Under the pieces are notes generated by a model. That model had not been told where the DNA came from. It saw only the letters and a list, made by a program, of their open reading frames with translations, and searched no databases. The translations under genes and the position numbers were made by a program. From Amoebidium appalachense (Eukaryota; Protista; Ichthyosporea), in the NCBI GenBank assembly GCA_963693365.1, contig CAVNZM010000003.1, positions 15,111,143 to 15,175,142 on the forward strand: a stretch of DNA of 64,000 nt, read 5' to 3'. This document shows, piece by piece, positions 41,125 to 54,597 of the stretch (positions are counted from its first letter, which is position 1; each line of letters begins with the position of its first letter).

Positions 41125-41155
<31 letters not shown>

Positions 41156-41894
41156 ACCTCCTCCTCCTTTCCCCTCCCCTCCTCCCCTTCCCCCTTCGGG
41201 CATACGAAGTGAATGGGTGGTTGAAATTTGGGTACTGTGGGCTACTTGAGCCTCTCCCGCTGAGGATGGGCTCTGCTTATGATGCATACACTTTATGTGT
41301 GCTATGCAATCTGCTTCGTACTCTGTAACACATTTTATACCTCTCCACACACACACACACCACCACCACTACCAAAACCTGTCGTTTTACCCATCCATTG
41401 CACCCGTCCCCTTCACATCCACCTAATGAAATGTGTGCTCAATCAATCGCATAGGTAGAAGTTTGTGCAATGGGAATAATTTAAGATTATTTATGAAACA
41501 TGAAACGTTGCCTTTGTTTTGTGTTTCCTTGTGCTGTATGTTGCATTTTTTTGTGTTAAGGTATATCATAATGAGTGCTAAAGGGGATTGTCAATATAGG
41601 TGTGCTTGTCCTCTCTTTCTGACAACAAATCTTTTCCCTCTGTTCGTTCCCCATATTACCTTTTCACACACACACACACTTACACACATTCAACACACAC
41701 ACACACACACATACAACACACACACACACACACACACACACGTACAGGGCCTGCCCAGCACGTACAACAAGGATCTGCAAGAGGACAAGGAGCCCATGTT
41801 CGATGCTGCAGACACACTCAGGGGGGTCCTTCAGATTGCCACCGGCGTCATCTCCACCCTCACCGTAAAGCCCCCCCGTCCCCCTCCCCCGCCA

Positions 41895-41942
<48 letters not shown>

Positions 41943-42948
41943 CTGGCTCTGGCTGCCTTTTCTCAACTGCTCGCTGGCACACGTACACACACACACTCCT
42001 TGCAGACTCCTACACACACACACACCTTACAAGCCTACACAATAGATAATTACGAACTTACAGGCACATATTGCCAGACACCCCCCTGCCCCCTCTGCCC
42101 CCCCCCCCCCCCTTTTTTTTTGTTCCAGGGTTTCCTACCCTCTATTGCATACGTAATCCGTCCCCACCCCACCACCCCCCTCCCCCTGCCCCTGTCCGTT
42201 CCCCTCATCCCCCGTCGCAGTCCCCCACTCGCTCTGTTTGATGCTTACATTACACACACTCTCTCACACATACTAGCCCGTTAGACATTCTCTGAATTGG
42301 GGGGGTCTAAACAGGTCAACGAGGAAAAGATGAGGGGGGCTCTTGCCATTGAAATGCTGTCGACCGATGTGGCTTACTACCTCGTGCGCAAGGGCGTAAG
42401 TTCCCGCCTCCCCCCTTTTGCGCTCCCCCCCTTCCACACACACACGCGCGCACACACACACGAGAGAGAGAAAGAGAGAGAGAGAGAGACTCACTCACTC
42501 ACTCACTCACTTACTCACTTACTCACAGAGAGAATGAGACAGAGACAGACACACCGTCACTTGCTCACTCATTCACTCGCACACTACATGCCCATTTTCC
42601 ATCCCTGCTGATGAGTCCCCCCCCCTCCCCCCCCCCCCCCTCCCCTCCCCCCGGAATGAAATGCATTCACAAGTATAAATAGTGGCACCGGAGTCGTGTG
42701 CTTTGTGTATTAGAGCTCAAATGTGGGCGAGGGAAACGGTTGTCGGAGAACAAACACGTGAACAGGATTACAAATCACACATGCAAAATGCCATAGCCCA
42801 TGGCCAAATGGCATGCTGACATAATCCACCAATGTTTACGCATTTTTTTGACCAATCAGGTGCCGTTCCGTGAGGCCCACGGTGTTGCCGGGATGGTGGT
42901 GAAGGCGGCCGAGGACAAGAATGTGCAGATGAGCGACTTGAGCCTGGC

Positions 42949-42986
<38 letters not shown>

Positions 42987-43321
42987 AGGGATGGATGGAT
43001 GGATTGCTTTTGGGGGGGGGGGGGGGGGGGGGGGGGGGGTTTCAGGGATGGGAGTGGGTGTATGGGTTGATTGGGCATGTATGGGTGGAGGGGGTTTTAG
43101 AGGTGGTCTTTGCGTGGGGAGAGGGGGGAGGCTATGTGTGGATGAGGTTTGGATGGGGGCTATATGTGGACTTGAGAGCGGCGGGGGGGGGGGGGGGGGG
43201 GGGGGGGGGGGATCTCTAGGAAATCTCTGTGTGGATGTTTTTGAGAAGTCACCCGCGGGGGGAGGGGGGGGGGGGGGGAGGTTTACCTCTTAGGTAAATG
43301 TATTGGTGGGTGGCCGGAGGG

Positions 43322-43362
<41 letters not shown>

Positions 43363-43839
43363 CGGATTGTTGTCACTGCTGTAACCGTTTGTTGTGATGT
43401 GGGCATGCGTGTATGTGCATTTTTGGAGATCGGATGAGATGATGAGAGCCATGGCAGTCAGGGATGTGCAGAAGAGGGGGGAGGGGGGGGGGAACGGGAC
43501 CACAAGGAGGGGAAACTGGGGGAGGGTGATGTAGGGGGGGGGGGGGGGGGGGTCTAGGCATGCATGCTTGAACCGGTCATAGTGTTTTTTCCATGACTTA
43601 CCCCGTCGACCGAAGCATAGACACGCATGCACATCCACACATGCACACACAGTCTACGCTTAAGACACACACATGCTTGCACTCACTCACTGTGCGTTCC
43701 ACCAGAGCTGCAAGCCATCCACCCTCTTTTCACGGAGGATGTGGCCAAGATTTGGGACTTTGAGGCCAGCGTAGAGCAGGTTCATACAATCCCCCTGTCA
43801 TTTGTTGTTCTGGTTGATTACCTGTAATCTTCGCTTATT

Positions 43840-43874
<35 letters not shown>

Positions 43875-45624
43875 TGTGCGGGGTTGCACATACCGGTGTC
43901 TACTTTTCTTCTTACTGTTTTTCTCTCCACACACTTCATCTGTCCACTTCTGCATACCCCCTTTCATAGCTATAGACACACTTCACACATTGCGTTACGC
44001 GCACGCATGCACACACCGCTCTGTTGGCGACAGCTCCCTTGGAACCCATGCGGCATGTTACCCGCCGGCGTAACATAACTCGGACTATCGGTTTGGCTTT
44101 TTTCAAGCCCAAAGCAATGGGTGATACCATATTTCCGGCTGACATCCGGGGGCATAGCTTTCCGTTCGAAGACGATAAAGTTCCGCCCTAGTAAGCGTGT
44201 TACTACCCTGCGGCGTGGGTCAAATCTCATATTTTCCCCTCTGATTACGAATTCTGCGGCCTTCGGGACTTAATTCTTTTCAGCTGGTGTAGTATGTTAG
44301 CCAGGGAAGTATCGACTTAGGTATCGACGGGGGAGCTTCCTAGAAGCCCCGTCTCCTGAGTTCCTATCTATATTTTTCTTGCTTCTGCTTACTGCTGCAA
44401 CTTTAACCCCCGGCCTTTCCCACTGCCCTTGCCTGCATAAGCAACCCTGCTCGTCTCTGATCAAGACGGGTGACCTACTCATGTTCAAGTGAAACAGTAT
44501 CTGAGTTGGGTTTCGTTAACTAGGGGAATAGGTCGAAACTCGGGTACTGTGGATGACGTGGGCCCCCCCTGAGGATGGGCTCTGCTTATTATGCATACTC
44601 TTTATGTATGGCTTGCATTCTGCATCGTGTTATCCGTTTGTTCTTGTGTACGTCGTACTTTTTGACGCATTCAAACCCCCCCCCCCCCCCCCCCCCCCAA
44701 TACCCCCTCTTATAGCTATAGACACACTTCACACATTGCGTTACGCGCACGCATGCACACACCGCTTTGTTGGCGACAGCTCACTTGAAACCCATGCGGC
44801 ATGTTGCCCGCCGGGTTAAAAGCCGGCGGTAACATAACTCGGACTATCGATTTGGCTTTTTTCAAGCGCAAAGCAATGGGTGATACCATATTTCCGGCTG
44901 ACATCCGGGGGCATAGCTTTCCGTTCGAAATCGTTAAAGTTCCGCCCTAGTAAGCGTGTTACCACCCTGCGGCGTGGGTCAAATCTCATATTTTCCCCTC
45001 TGATTGCGAATTCTGAGGCCTTCGGGACTTAAATCTTTTCAGCTGGTGTAGTATGTTAGCCAGGGAAGTATCGACTTAGGTAGCGACGGGGGAGCTTCCT
45101 AGAAGCCCCGTCTCCTGAGTTCCTATCTATATATTTCTTGCTTCTGTTTACTGCTGCAACTTTACCCCGGCCTTTCCCACTGCACTTGCCTGCATAAGCA
45201 ATCCTGCTCGTCTCTGACCAAGACGGGTGACCTACCCATGTTCAAGTGAAACAGTATCTGAGTTGGGTTTCGTTAACGAGGTGAATAGGTCGAAACTCGG
45301 GTACTGGGGATGACGTGGCCCCCCCCTGAGGATGGGCTCTGCTCATTATGCATACTCTTTATGTATGGCTTGCATTCTGCATCGTGTTATCCGTTTGTTC
45401 TTGTGTACTTCGTGCTTTTTGACGCATTCAAACCCCCCCCCCCCCCCCCCCTCCTTCCCTATCCCCACCCCGAAACATACCTCCTCCTTCTCTCCCTTTC
45501 GCCCTATGCCCCCAACCCACACACCCACACGCACACGCCCCACCAGACACATATACAGAAGTTCCCTTCCCTTTCGTCCACACGCTTGCAATGACTTTCG
45601 GAAACATACACCGTTGTACGAAAA

Positions 45625-45666
<42 letters not shown>

Positions 45667-45839
45667 TTCGTTTATGCACAACTCGAGAATGTCAATACTG
45701 TTCGTTAACCTGCCACTATCCACATTCCACCTGCACTAATCAACCAATCACCATGCAGTATGTGTCTGCTGGCGGCACCGCCCGCCAACCGGTTCTTGCC
45801 CAAATCGAGGCTCTCAGACAATGGCTGCCCAAGGCCTAA
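33464..45839 (+). CDS. ASL: Argininosuccinate lyase (463 aa)
   Basis: 13 in-phase GT-AG exons: 33464-33577, 34386-34520, 35072-35173, 36934-37071, 37595-37769, 39140-39311, 40090-40174, 41065-41091, 41748-41864, 42315-42395, 42860-42950, 43706-43779, 45759-45839 (1392 nt). Motifs: [56 protein letters not shown]. Confidence 0.97.
35629..36325 (+). ncRNA. Intronic structured repeat element, subfamily 2, two tandem copies (cores 35707-35874 and 36057-36232)
   Basis: ~350-bp tandem units separated by poly-C in ASL intron 3. Near-identical to 63253-63607. The core covaries with subfamily 1. Confidence 0.6.
36371..36507 (+). repeat. 3' fragment of subfamily-1 element
   Basis: TACTGTGGATGACGTG..CCCTGAGGATGGGCTCTGCTTATTATGCATACTC...CATTCAAA. 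Confidence 0.85.
41229..41335 (+). repeat. 3' fragment of the structured element in ASL intron 8
   Basis: GGGTACTGTGG..CTGAGGATGGGCTCTGCTTATGATGCATAC..CTTCGTACTCTG. Confidence 0.75.
43954..45432 (+). ncRNA. Two tandem ~745-bp structured units (domains A+B+C) in the last ASL intron
   Basis: Units start at 43954 and 44700 and differ slightly. Cores at 44434-44595 and 45191-45352. Many hairpins and no credible ORF. Confidence 0.6.
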
Positions 45840-46160
45840 AAGATTTACCCCCACAACACCACCTCCATTTAAGGGATTACGTTCCCAAAAACCGGTGTTT
45901 TTCGCCGCGTCGACTGGTGCGACAGGCTGATTTTTGGTTTTTTTTTTTTTTTTTTTTTTTTGAGTTTGGATTTGGAATTTTGTGATGTTCTCTTTACCAG
46001 TTGATGGCATCAAGTTATTACTACTGCCTTTGAAAATAAGTGTGTTGTTGTAGAACTGTGTTGGTAAAATCATGAAGGGTTTTCGGCATTCGATTTGGTT
46101 GTGGTAGGTTCGCAACCCTGTACCATAATAGGTGGTCGTGTCAGGAGGCTCTCTTCTCCT

Positions 46161-46191
<31 letters not shown>

Positions 46192-46354
46192 CCCTCCTTT
46201 TCTTTCGTGCAAAAGTTGTACACTGTCCCCCCCCCCCCCCCCCCCCCCCCCTCGTTCTCCCCTGTGATGTAATGTCTGGCAATTTTTTGTTTCTGTATTG
46301 TACCTACTGGTTGTTCCTCACACTTGAATTATTGATCACTGGTTTGTAAAGTGC

Positions 46355-46430
46355 CCAAATCCCGGTAAGTGATGGTAGGTCTATACTGACTGCACGTGTG
46401 TGTGTGCAAGCTGTAGAAGTGCTAATCTGT
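46355..46430. repeat. Dispersed diverged duplicate (partner at 50303-50375)
   Basis: AAATCCCGGTAAGTGATGGTAGGT..CTGACTGCACGTGTGTGTG..CAAG.TGTAGAAGT present at both sites. Confidence 0.85.
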
Positions 46431-46955
46431 ACAAAGCAACCAAATAAACTTGGTGACGTACGTACATAAATAGTGTACCCACGCACTCATGCTAAGAAAA
46501 CGGAAATATCAGCCTCATCGATGTGAACAAGCTAAGGATGAATGGATGGTGCAAATGTGGCCTCTATAATTTCGGTAACCCGAGAAGAGGGACGGCACCC
46601 AGCCGGGGGGGGGGGGGGGGGGGGGGATGTACGCGGTGGAAACTGACAAAAATGAAAGCACGGACAGTGGAAACATAGGTGAAGTAGTTTTAGTGGCCAT
46701 GGCCGGTGATGGTAGTGGTGCCGGGTTTTTTTTTGTTGTAAAACTTTCGGAGTGCGTGTGAGCTTATGAGTGTGTGTGTGTGTGTGTGTGGTATACAAGT
46801 TGAACGTGTGTGCACACGCGCGCGCAGTTACGCCGTGCGCATGCGTGGGTGTATGTGTGTATTATAGTTTTCTTTTTGCTACTTTTACGTTGGAGGCTAT
46901 CGCTTTGGGATAACGTGTGTGTCCATGTGCCGGTGGATGGATGGGTTGTGGCGGT

Positions 46956-47028
<73 letters not shown>

Positions 47029-47909
47029 AAGAGGGGGGGGGGGGGGGGGGGGGGGGAATGGTACACCACGGCATACCATTTGGCTGTCGATTGTACATGT
47101 GTGACAACCCAAACGTTACCAAGGCCTAGGCCGCTAGGGTTGAGTGTAAGATCATAGATCTTGCCGTGCATGTGTTTTCCTTTGGATACATACACCCATG
47201 CATTTGTGCTCCCATGCGTTGCCTTTACAGTTAAGAGGCTGCATCTATCCGTTGAAATGTGCAATCAATATTTAGCTGCCGCTCACTGAATTCGAAATCC
47301 CACAAACAAAGATAAGTCACGAATCACTGCTATGTCTTCACGACTGGCTGTCTTGTCATTTGGGCGATGATATCGATCCATATATGCATATGGGTCACTT
47401 ACTTGCAGTCCCTCCTACCTGGGTGGGTTCTGCATGTCTGAACTTCAAACTCCAGTCCATGATTGTATAATCTTTCGGACTATTTTGCGCCCGTGTTGTG
47501 TTGCTAAATGCGAAAACAGGGAGGTGATAGGTATACATATACTATTTTGGGGGGTTCGAGTTGGGACCGGCGGCAGTATACGAGTATTGCCACATTTTCT
47601 CTTCTTTTCCTTGGCCCAAATCTATTGTTGTTTCTTTTTTGAATATTAGTAAACTTTTTTTTTATGTTCTCAAGTTTAGCAAAAAGTTTATGAAACTTGG
47701 AAGCGTTGAAATTCAACTTGTGAGGAGTCCTCGTTCGTTGGGCTGTCAGTGAACATAGCCACCTTTTTTTCCCTTTTTTTTTTGTTGTTTGTTTGCCGTA
47801 GTATATAGTTTCTATTTTGTGTTTGACTGTGTTGCTAATCACACTTTGAGGGTCGAGAACGGTTCAGAATAGTATTGTTTGATATTTGAGAAATGCACAA
47901 ATTTAAAAA

Positions 47910-47985
<76 letters not shown>

Positions 47986-47989
47986 GGGG

Positions 47990-48058
<69 letters not shown>

Positions 48059-48178
48059 CGCGTGTGTGTGCACGTGTGTGTTTGTGTGTTTGTGTGTGTG
48101 TGTGTGCGGTTTTGTTTTCACTGCCGTATGTTCAAGTTTCAAATCAATTAAAGGATTTGTCGTTTTTTTTTTTTTTTT

Positions 48179-48223
<45 letters not shown>

Positions 48224-48367
48224 GCCTCAGGGCTGCTTGCATTGCACAGTAACAGACCTTCCAAGCCCTTGCTGTGGTCTAGTGATCAAATGTGTTTGGC
48301 CAACTTCAACTGGTACTGCCCAAGTAATCCTTGCATATGTTCGATAAGGGAGAGATGAAGGAAAGAA

Positions 48368-48415
<48 letters not shown>

Positions 48416-50596
48416 ATAGAATGACTCGAGCTTGGAATCACGTTGGGAACGACCAAGCTACTTTGGTCACACGGCCACAACCCTCCGGAAAAATGCCTTC
48501 TACGTAGTATGTACTCCATAATCCCACAATATAATACTGACCTAAATATGACCACCGCACCAACCATATGCATGCATTCTCGATTTGGCCCGACACGGTT
48601 GCAGACTGGTGGGTACTGCGGGCCTGCTTGTGAACAGCAGCAAAGTGAACTCATGTCCGTTAGTGGTTGTGTCGCCCATAACTTAAATTGCTGAAAGAAC
48701 ACAATAAGGTTGTCCAAGAGACAATCCGATGCAATTCTCCGGCCTTTACTTTGTCCGTATGATGTGGCAATCCCCCACCCCCCCCCCCTTCCCCCCCGGT
48801 TTCTTTCCTCCTCTTTGGGTTTCCGATACCCCCCTCTCCAGAGCCATCGCGTCAGAAATCTGATTGCACGCGCTGTGTTGCTGAATGTAAAAAGGTTAGT
48901 ATGAAAGTGTGGGAATCTAGTTGGATTTTTTGGTTTTTGAGCACGGGCATCACCGTCTTTGCATTTTTCCCGGCTTCTTTTGATCAATAAGTTGTGTTAT
49001 TTCAAAGCTTTATTCTTTTTTTTTTTCCTCCTTGTTTTGAACAAAGTTGAACGACACGTTGTGCAGTCACTGTTGTAGGACAGAAGGGGTGGGGGGAAGG
49101 GGAAGGGGAGAGGGGGTGGCTAGAGGGGTGTTTCCAGCCACGTGTCAGCCTGTGCACACTTTCTTCCACATCCCAAGTGAAGCGAGCACAGTCACCTGAA
49201 ACCACGGTGACCCGCCAAGAATTCGCAATAGCCCCACCTGGGTGATGGCACTGCAGCAAGAGTTGCAATAAAACACTGCTGCTGAACTAACCTATTAAAA
49301 ATTTGTGCACGCTATGATTTATGAAGGAGAAATGGGGGGGAGTGGAGGGGGGGGGAGGGGGAAGAGGAGGGAGAGAGGGGGGGAGGGGGGGGGGGGGGGG
49401 AGGAGGGAGGGGGGAGGAGGGGGTCGATGCTGCCAAAAGACACTTGAACGGTTGAGAACTTCAGTACTATGTATGTACATAGTGACTAACAGTACACTTC
49501 CGCGATCCCTTTTGGAAAAGAGTTCTTTTCATGATCATATAGTCAATGCCACAATCAGAATTAAATGTATATTTACCACAGCACCAACCAACCACTTCTG
49601 GTTGGGCGACATGCCGCTCTGTGCAGTTATTCCCCTCTGGGATGGGCACTGTAGAGATGGAGTACGGTGTGTGTAAAGTGAGCACAAGCTTCAAAGTGAA
49701 ATTCTTGTGTCGCCCATGACAGGTTGCTAAAAGGAGATACAAAGAAGAGGCGCCATCAGAAGCCTCCGGGGGTGGCTGATGATTTTTTTTTTTTTCCCCC
49801 GGGGGGGGGGGGGGGGGGGGGGGGAGGGGGGCTGAGCCTCAGACGTGCGCGCGCGCGCACACACACACACACACACGGCATTGATTTTTGAAGTAACGAA
49901 GAAAATCTTCAGCTTGTTCTTTGAAGATCTTCATTTTGATTGGAAAGGAAGTAATCTTTGATGCACTTGAACTTTTTTTTTGGTGTGAACAGTGAAGCCG
50001 CCCCCCCGGTAACATTCCTGCATGGGATTGGCTGTAGCAAATTGGGAACCCTGTATATATTGTTTTTTGCATCTGGAAGACATGCGTATTGGTTTTTTCT
50101 TTGTTGTTGTTGTGTTGTTCCTTATTTTATTTTATTTTTGATTTTTTTCCGTTTCTTTGTGGTTTATTAGAATGTGGTGTTCTGCAAATTAACCCGCCCC
50201 CCTCCCCCTAATATTCGTTTCTGTTTTTAGTGCTAGGTATATACACAGATTGTGGAATGAGGTATGGGGTGTTTTTTTTTTTTTAAAACAAAAAAAAATT
50301 GCCTAAATCCCGGTAAGTGATGGTAGGTTTATCCTGACTGCACGTGTGTGTGCAAGTTGTAGAAGTTGATCTGCACGAAGCGTGGCTAACGAAATAAACC
50401 TGGTGACAAGTACCTGTACACAAGAGACACTATAGGGCAGCGGCGGCATAGATGTGTGTGCACAATGGAAGAGTCGGCCGATTAGCACAGGGTGCAGGGT
50501 GGTATAATGCTTGTGTTGCCCTTATCAGTGGCTTGCTGAAAAAGGACATAATAGAGGTTCTATCAAAGCAACTGCTGTTCAGAAAAGGGGGTAGCT

Positions 50597-50635
<39 letters not shown>

Positions 50636-50757
50636 GGGGAGGGGGGGGGGGGGGGTTCGCCATTTTCGCCATCGGAATCAAACCTTTGCAAAATTTCCTG
50701 AAACAATGAACTTCTCATGCATGGCAGCTCGCAACACACACACACACACAAACACAC

Positions 50758-50829
<72 letters not shown>

Positions 50830-50830
50830 T

Positions 50831-50865
<35 letters not shown>

Positions 50866-52716
50866 GTGTGACACACACACACACACACTGGCACACACCC
50901 ACAAACACACACACGCACACATGTACACACACACACACACACACACACTCTCTCTCTCTCTCTCTCTCTCTCTTACATAAACGAAGAAAGTCTGCATTGC
51001 GGTTGATTCCCCCTCTCCCCTCCCCCCATCCTCTTTCCCTTCCTCCTTTATTCATTCCCCCCTTCTCCTTCCCCCCCCCCCCCCCCCGTCCCACTTTGCT
51101 CGAGCTCTGAATCACTCACTCTCTATCTTTCGAAGCCCCCTCCCCCCCCCCCCCCCCCCCCCCCCCTCGCGCCCAATTGAAACACACACACATGATGCAC
51201 GCACGCACCCACCTTCAATCGAGGTATCCTGTCCGTTGTCACCGCGACTTGTGCATGGCCACACATGCGCACAGCCGCGGCCATCCTACATGCACTCAGT
51301 CTGTATATGCACCCAATCGAGCTTCGGATTTAACAATTGTCCTCCTCTTATAGTAGCGCACCCAAAAATACCAGTCATAGGTTTTTCTGACTCACCTAGC
51401 AGTGCAGGGATATATAGATGCTCTCCGTTGAAAGGAACTCCACCAATAAAAAAACCGCTAGCCGCCAAGTCCGATCTAAAATTTCAAGAACATGCACCAC
51501 GCTCCTTAAGCTTGTTCATTTTGCCTCGCCCTGCAGGGGGGGAAAGTGGGGGGGGGGGGGGGGGGGGGTAATATTTGTGTAGCATTTGCCCACCTTTTGG
51601 AACATCAGCGGGTGTTTGGAGGTGACCTTTCAGAGGAGAAGAAACACGGGGTCGAGGATTTGCTGAAAGCACTAAACGAGGTACCGCCTAATATATCCCC
51701 CCCCCCCCCCCCCCCCCTCCCCCCTCCCCCCCCCCCCCCCCCCCCCCCTTTCTTCCCCCCTTCCCCCCGCCCCAAGGCCACCCTCTCGATCGCGATGTTG
51801 CCAATGGGCACTCGATTTTGAACTTGGAGAGGTGAGAACTTCAGTGATTCAACAGTACACTTCCACAATTATCCGTCTGGAAAAAGACCTTTTGCCACAA
51901 CATTAATCCCAAATACAACCTAAAATAAATGTACGTTTGACTACAGCACTATCCGGCCACTTCAGGTTCGGGCGACGTGCCAGAGTGCAGTTCCCCCCTG
52001 CAGATGGATACTGCAAGGCTGGGCCTCACCTCGAACTGATTACACGCTTGCAAGCTTATTTGCTTCTGTCGCCCATAACAGGTTGCTGAAAGGACATTAA
52101 TAGAAGAGGTGCCATCAGGAGATGTTCAGATGAGGGGGTAGCTGACAGCTGGGGGAGGGGGGAGGAAGGGGAGGGGGTCCAATATTTACGGCAAAGAATT
52201 TACTTTACTCAACTCTTTAATCGAAAGTAGGATAGGTGTGAGTTTTTATGTTGCGTTTCGGGTGTCTGCTACATTGGCTGACAATATTAATATAATGTGA
52301 ACACCTCAGATTTCTTGTTGTATTCTGTTAATGGTCACGCTGAATATATATATGTCATCGGATTTTCATACAGTGTTAAGGTATCTCAGTATGCACTTGC
52401 TCTTGGATATAACTCGTGAAGTTTTTATTTCATTTTGTCACGGGCCTCCTAAACATGCATGGCCGTGCATAATACTTACATATCTTTCCGTTGAATAAAT
52501 CCAGTCAAAAGAAAATTTACATGAGTACTTTCGGTTAAACGTGGAAATTTCCTCATGTATACATACCCGACCTTTGCCACTACTGTGTGCACCAATCTTA
52601 GAACTTTGCAACTGTTGTCCGAACGAGCGCACGGCAAGACATGTGTGCCGGGATCCGAGCTTTTCTTTTCTATGTAAGCCTTCATTCTTTATTTTATTTT
52701 ATTTTATTGTTATTAT

Positions 52717-52759
<43 letters not shown>

Positions 52760-53015
52760 GAGGGGGGGGGGGGGGGGATTAGGGAGGAGGGAGGTCCTGG
52801 AGAGAGGCGGGGAGGGGGAAAGGGGGAGGGGGGAGGGGAGGATGGAGAGGGGAATGTTCAGCATGTGTGTGTGTTGTGTGTGTGCAGGTCTATATGTGCC
52901 CACAAGAAAAAAATCTTTTTCTGCCCCGGCACCGGCCTCTCAAGATCGTGTGGGTGTGTGTGTGTGTGCATATGGCCGTTCACATCGTGTGCGTGCGTCG
53001 GGAACGAGCGGGGCA

Positions 53016-53047
<32 letters not shown>

Positions 53048-53350
53048 GGAAGACTATGAACCCTATTCAGTGACTGCCTAGAAACCGTAAGATTCTAGAC
53101 TCTACCTCCGATTTACCTATTATCTTATGGCCTAAATCCCAATCATTAGATATCTTTGTCGGCATCTGATTGCTGAATGTACCCACGTGCACACGGTCCT
53201 GCGACTCAATCACGGTGAATGCCCACAGTGACTTTATACGAACAGACCCGTTTTAAAACTGCAAATGAGTCTGACTGGTGTGGGGTTTAAAGCTCGATTT
53301 TTTCTACTTCTTCTTCTTCCTGCGATAGATGGGCATTTGTAAGTGTATGC

Positions 53351-53381
<31 letters not shown>

Positions 53382-53706
53382 AGGTCTTGGTGGATGCCAG
53401 GTTGAGGGATTTTGCTGACTGTCGGTGGGACAGTTGGTTAGAGGACACCAACGGTGTTGTTCAGTGCATAGATTTAAGTGATAACTTGTAGAGTATTCTC
53501 TTTATGTTTTGATAGGTGTGAATTGTGTGTGTGTGTGTGTGTGCTGTCTCCTTCCCTCTTTTTTAAGGCTTTTCCCGAGTCTTTTTCCCGTTTCCCTTTT
53601 ATGTCACCTCTCTCTCTCTCTCTCTCTCCCCGGCCTCTCTCCCTCTCTCCCTCTCTCCCTCTCTTCCTCTCTCCCTCTCTCCCTCTCTCCTCCCCCCCCC
53701 TCCCCC

Positions 53707-53926
<220 letters not shown>

Positions 53927-54299
53927 CTCTCTCTCCCCCCCCCCCCCCCCTCCCCCCCCCCCCCCCCTCCAGTGTCTCTCCCTCTCTCCCCCTTTGTGTG
54001 CGATCGTATATACATATGCACGCAGATATGTATTAGTATAGATCTAGATCTGTGTTCACAGTGGGCCACCTGACCCGTAGGTTAGTGGCTCACGTTTCCA
54101 TATCTGTGTTGTGCTGTGTGTGTGGATTCCCTCGAGAAGCAGCTCCTTGGAAGCTGTTTATCGGGTATGGCTTAATTTAAGGGTTTGCCGTCTCTGCACC
54201 AATAGTTTGTTACTTAGTTTATGTGCTCCTCTCAGAGATCTCGGCACACACAGTGTCCTTGCCCTTTGCTTTATTAGTATCCACACACGCATGGGCTGC

Positions 54300-54597
54300 C
54301 AAGATTATTCTGCTTGGATCAAGTTTTTTCTGCTTGGATTAAGTTTAGTCTGTTGCCATAAGATGGCAGAATAATTCTGCTTTTTGCTCCAGAATAATTC
54401 TGCTAAATGCGGAATGATTCTGCAGAATATTTTGGTTTTTTGCAGAACCTTCTGCTTTTTGCGGAATAGCTTCGCTTTTGCAGAGGAATATTCTGCTTTA
54501 TGCAGAATAATTGTGCTTGTAAATAATAATTCTGCACTTAAAGAATGATTCCGTGCTTTCCCGAATATTCCTGCTCGGAGCAAACTAATTCTGCCGA
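54300..54597. repeat. Array of quasi-palindromic GCAGAATAATTCTGC units
   Basis: About ten degenerate copies at roughly 20-30 bp spacing; a related array lies at 56955-57190. Confidence 0.75.

Noticed and set aside
42600-42670. Hammerhead-like CTGATGAGTCC...GGAATGAAATGCATT
   Set aside because: The stem II closing pair is broken, the loop is a poly-C tract, and stem I has only about 2 possible pairs.
44078-44200. Group I intron R/S or RNase P CR-I-like words (GGACTA, AAAGTTCCGCCC)
   Set aside because: No complementary P7 or P4 partner in the right order; both are explained by local hairpins.
50303-50420. LRR-like peptide LLQLAHTRAVRINLPSLTGI
   Set aside because: A single unit without the LxxLxLxxN consensus; frame not conserved in the 46355 copy.
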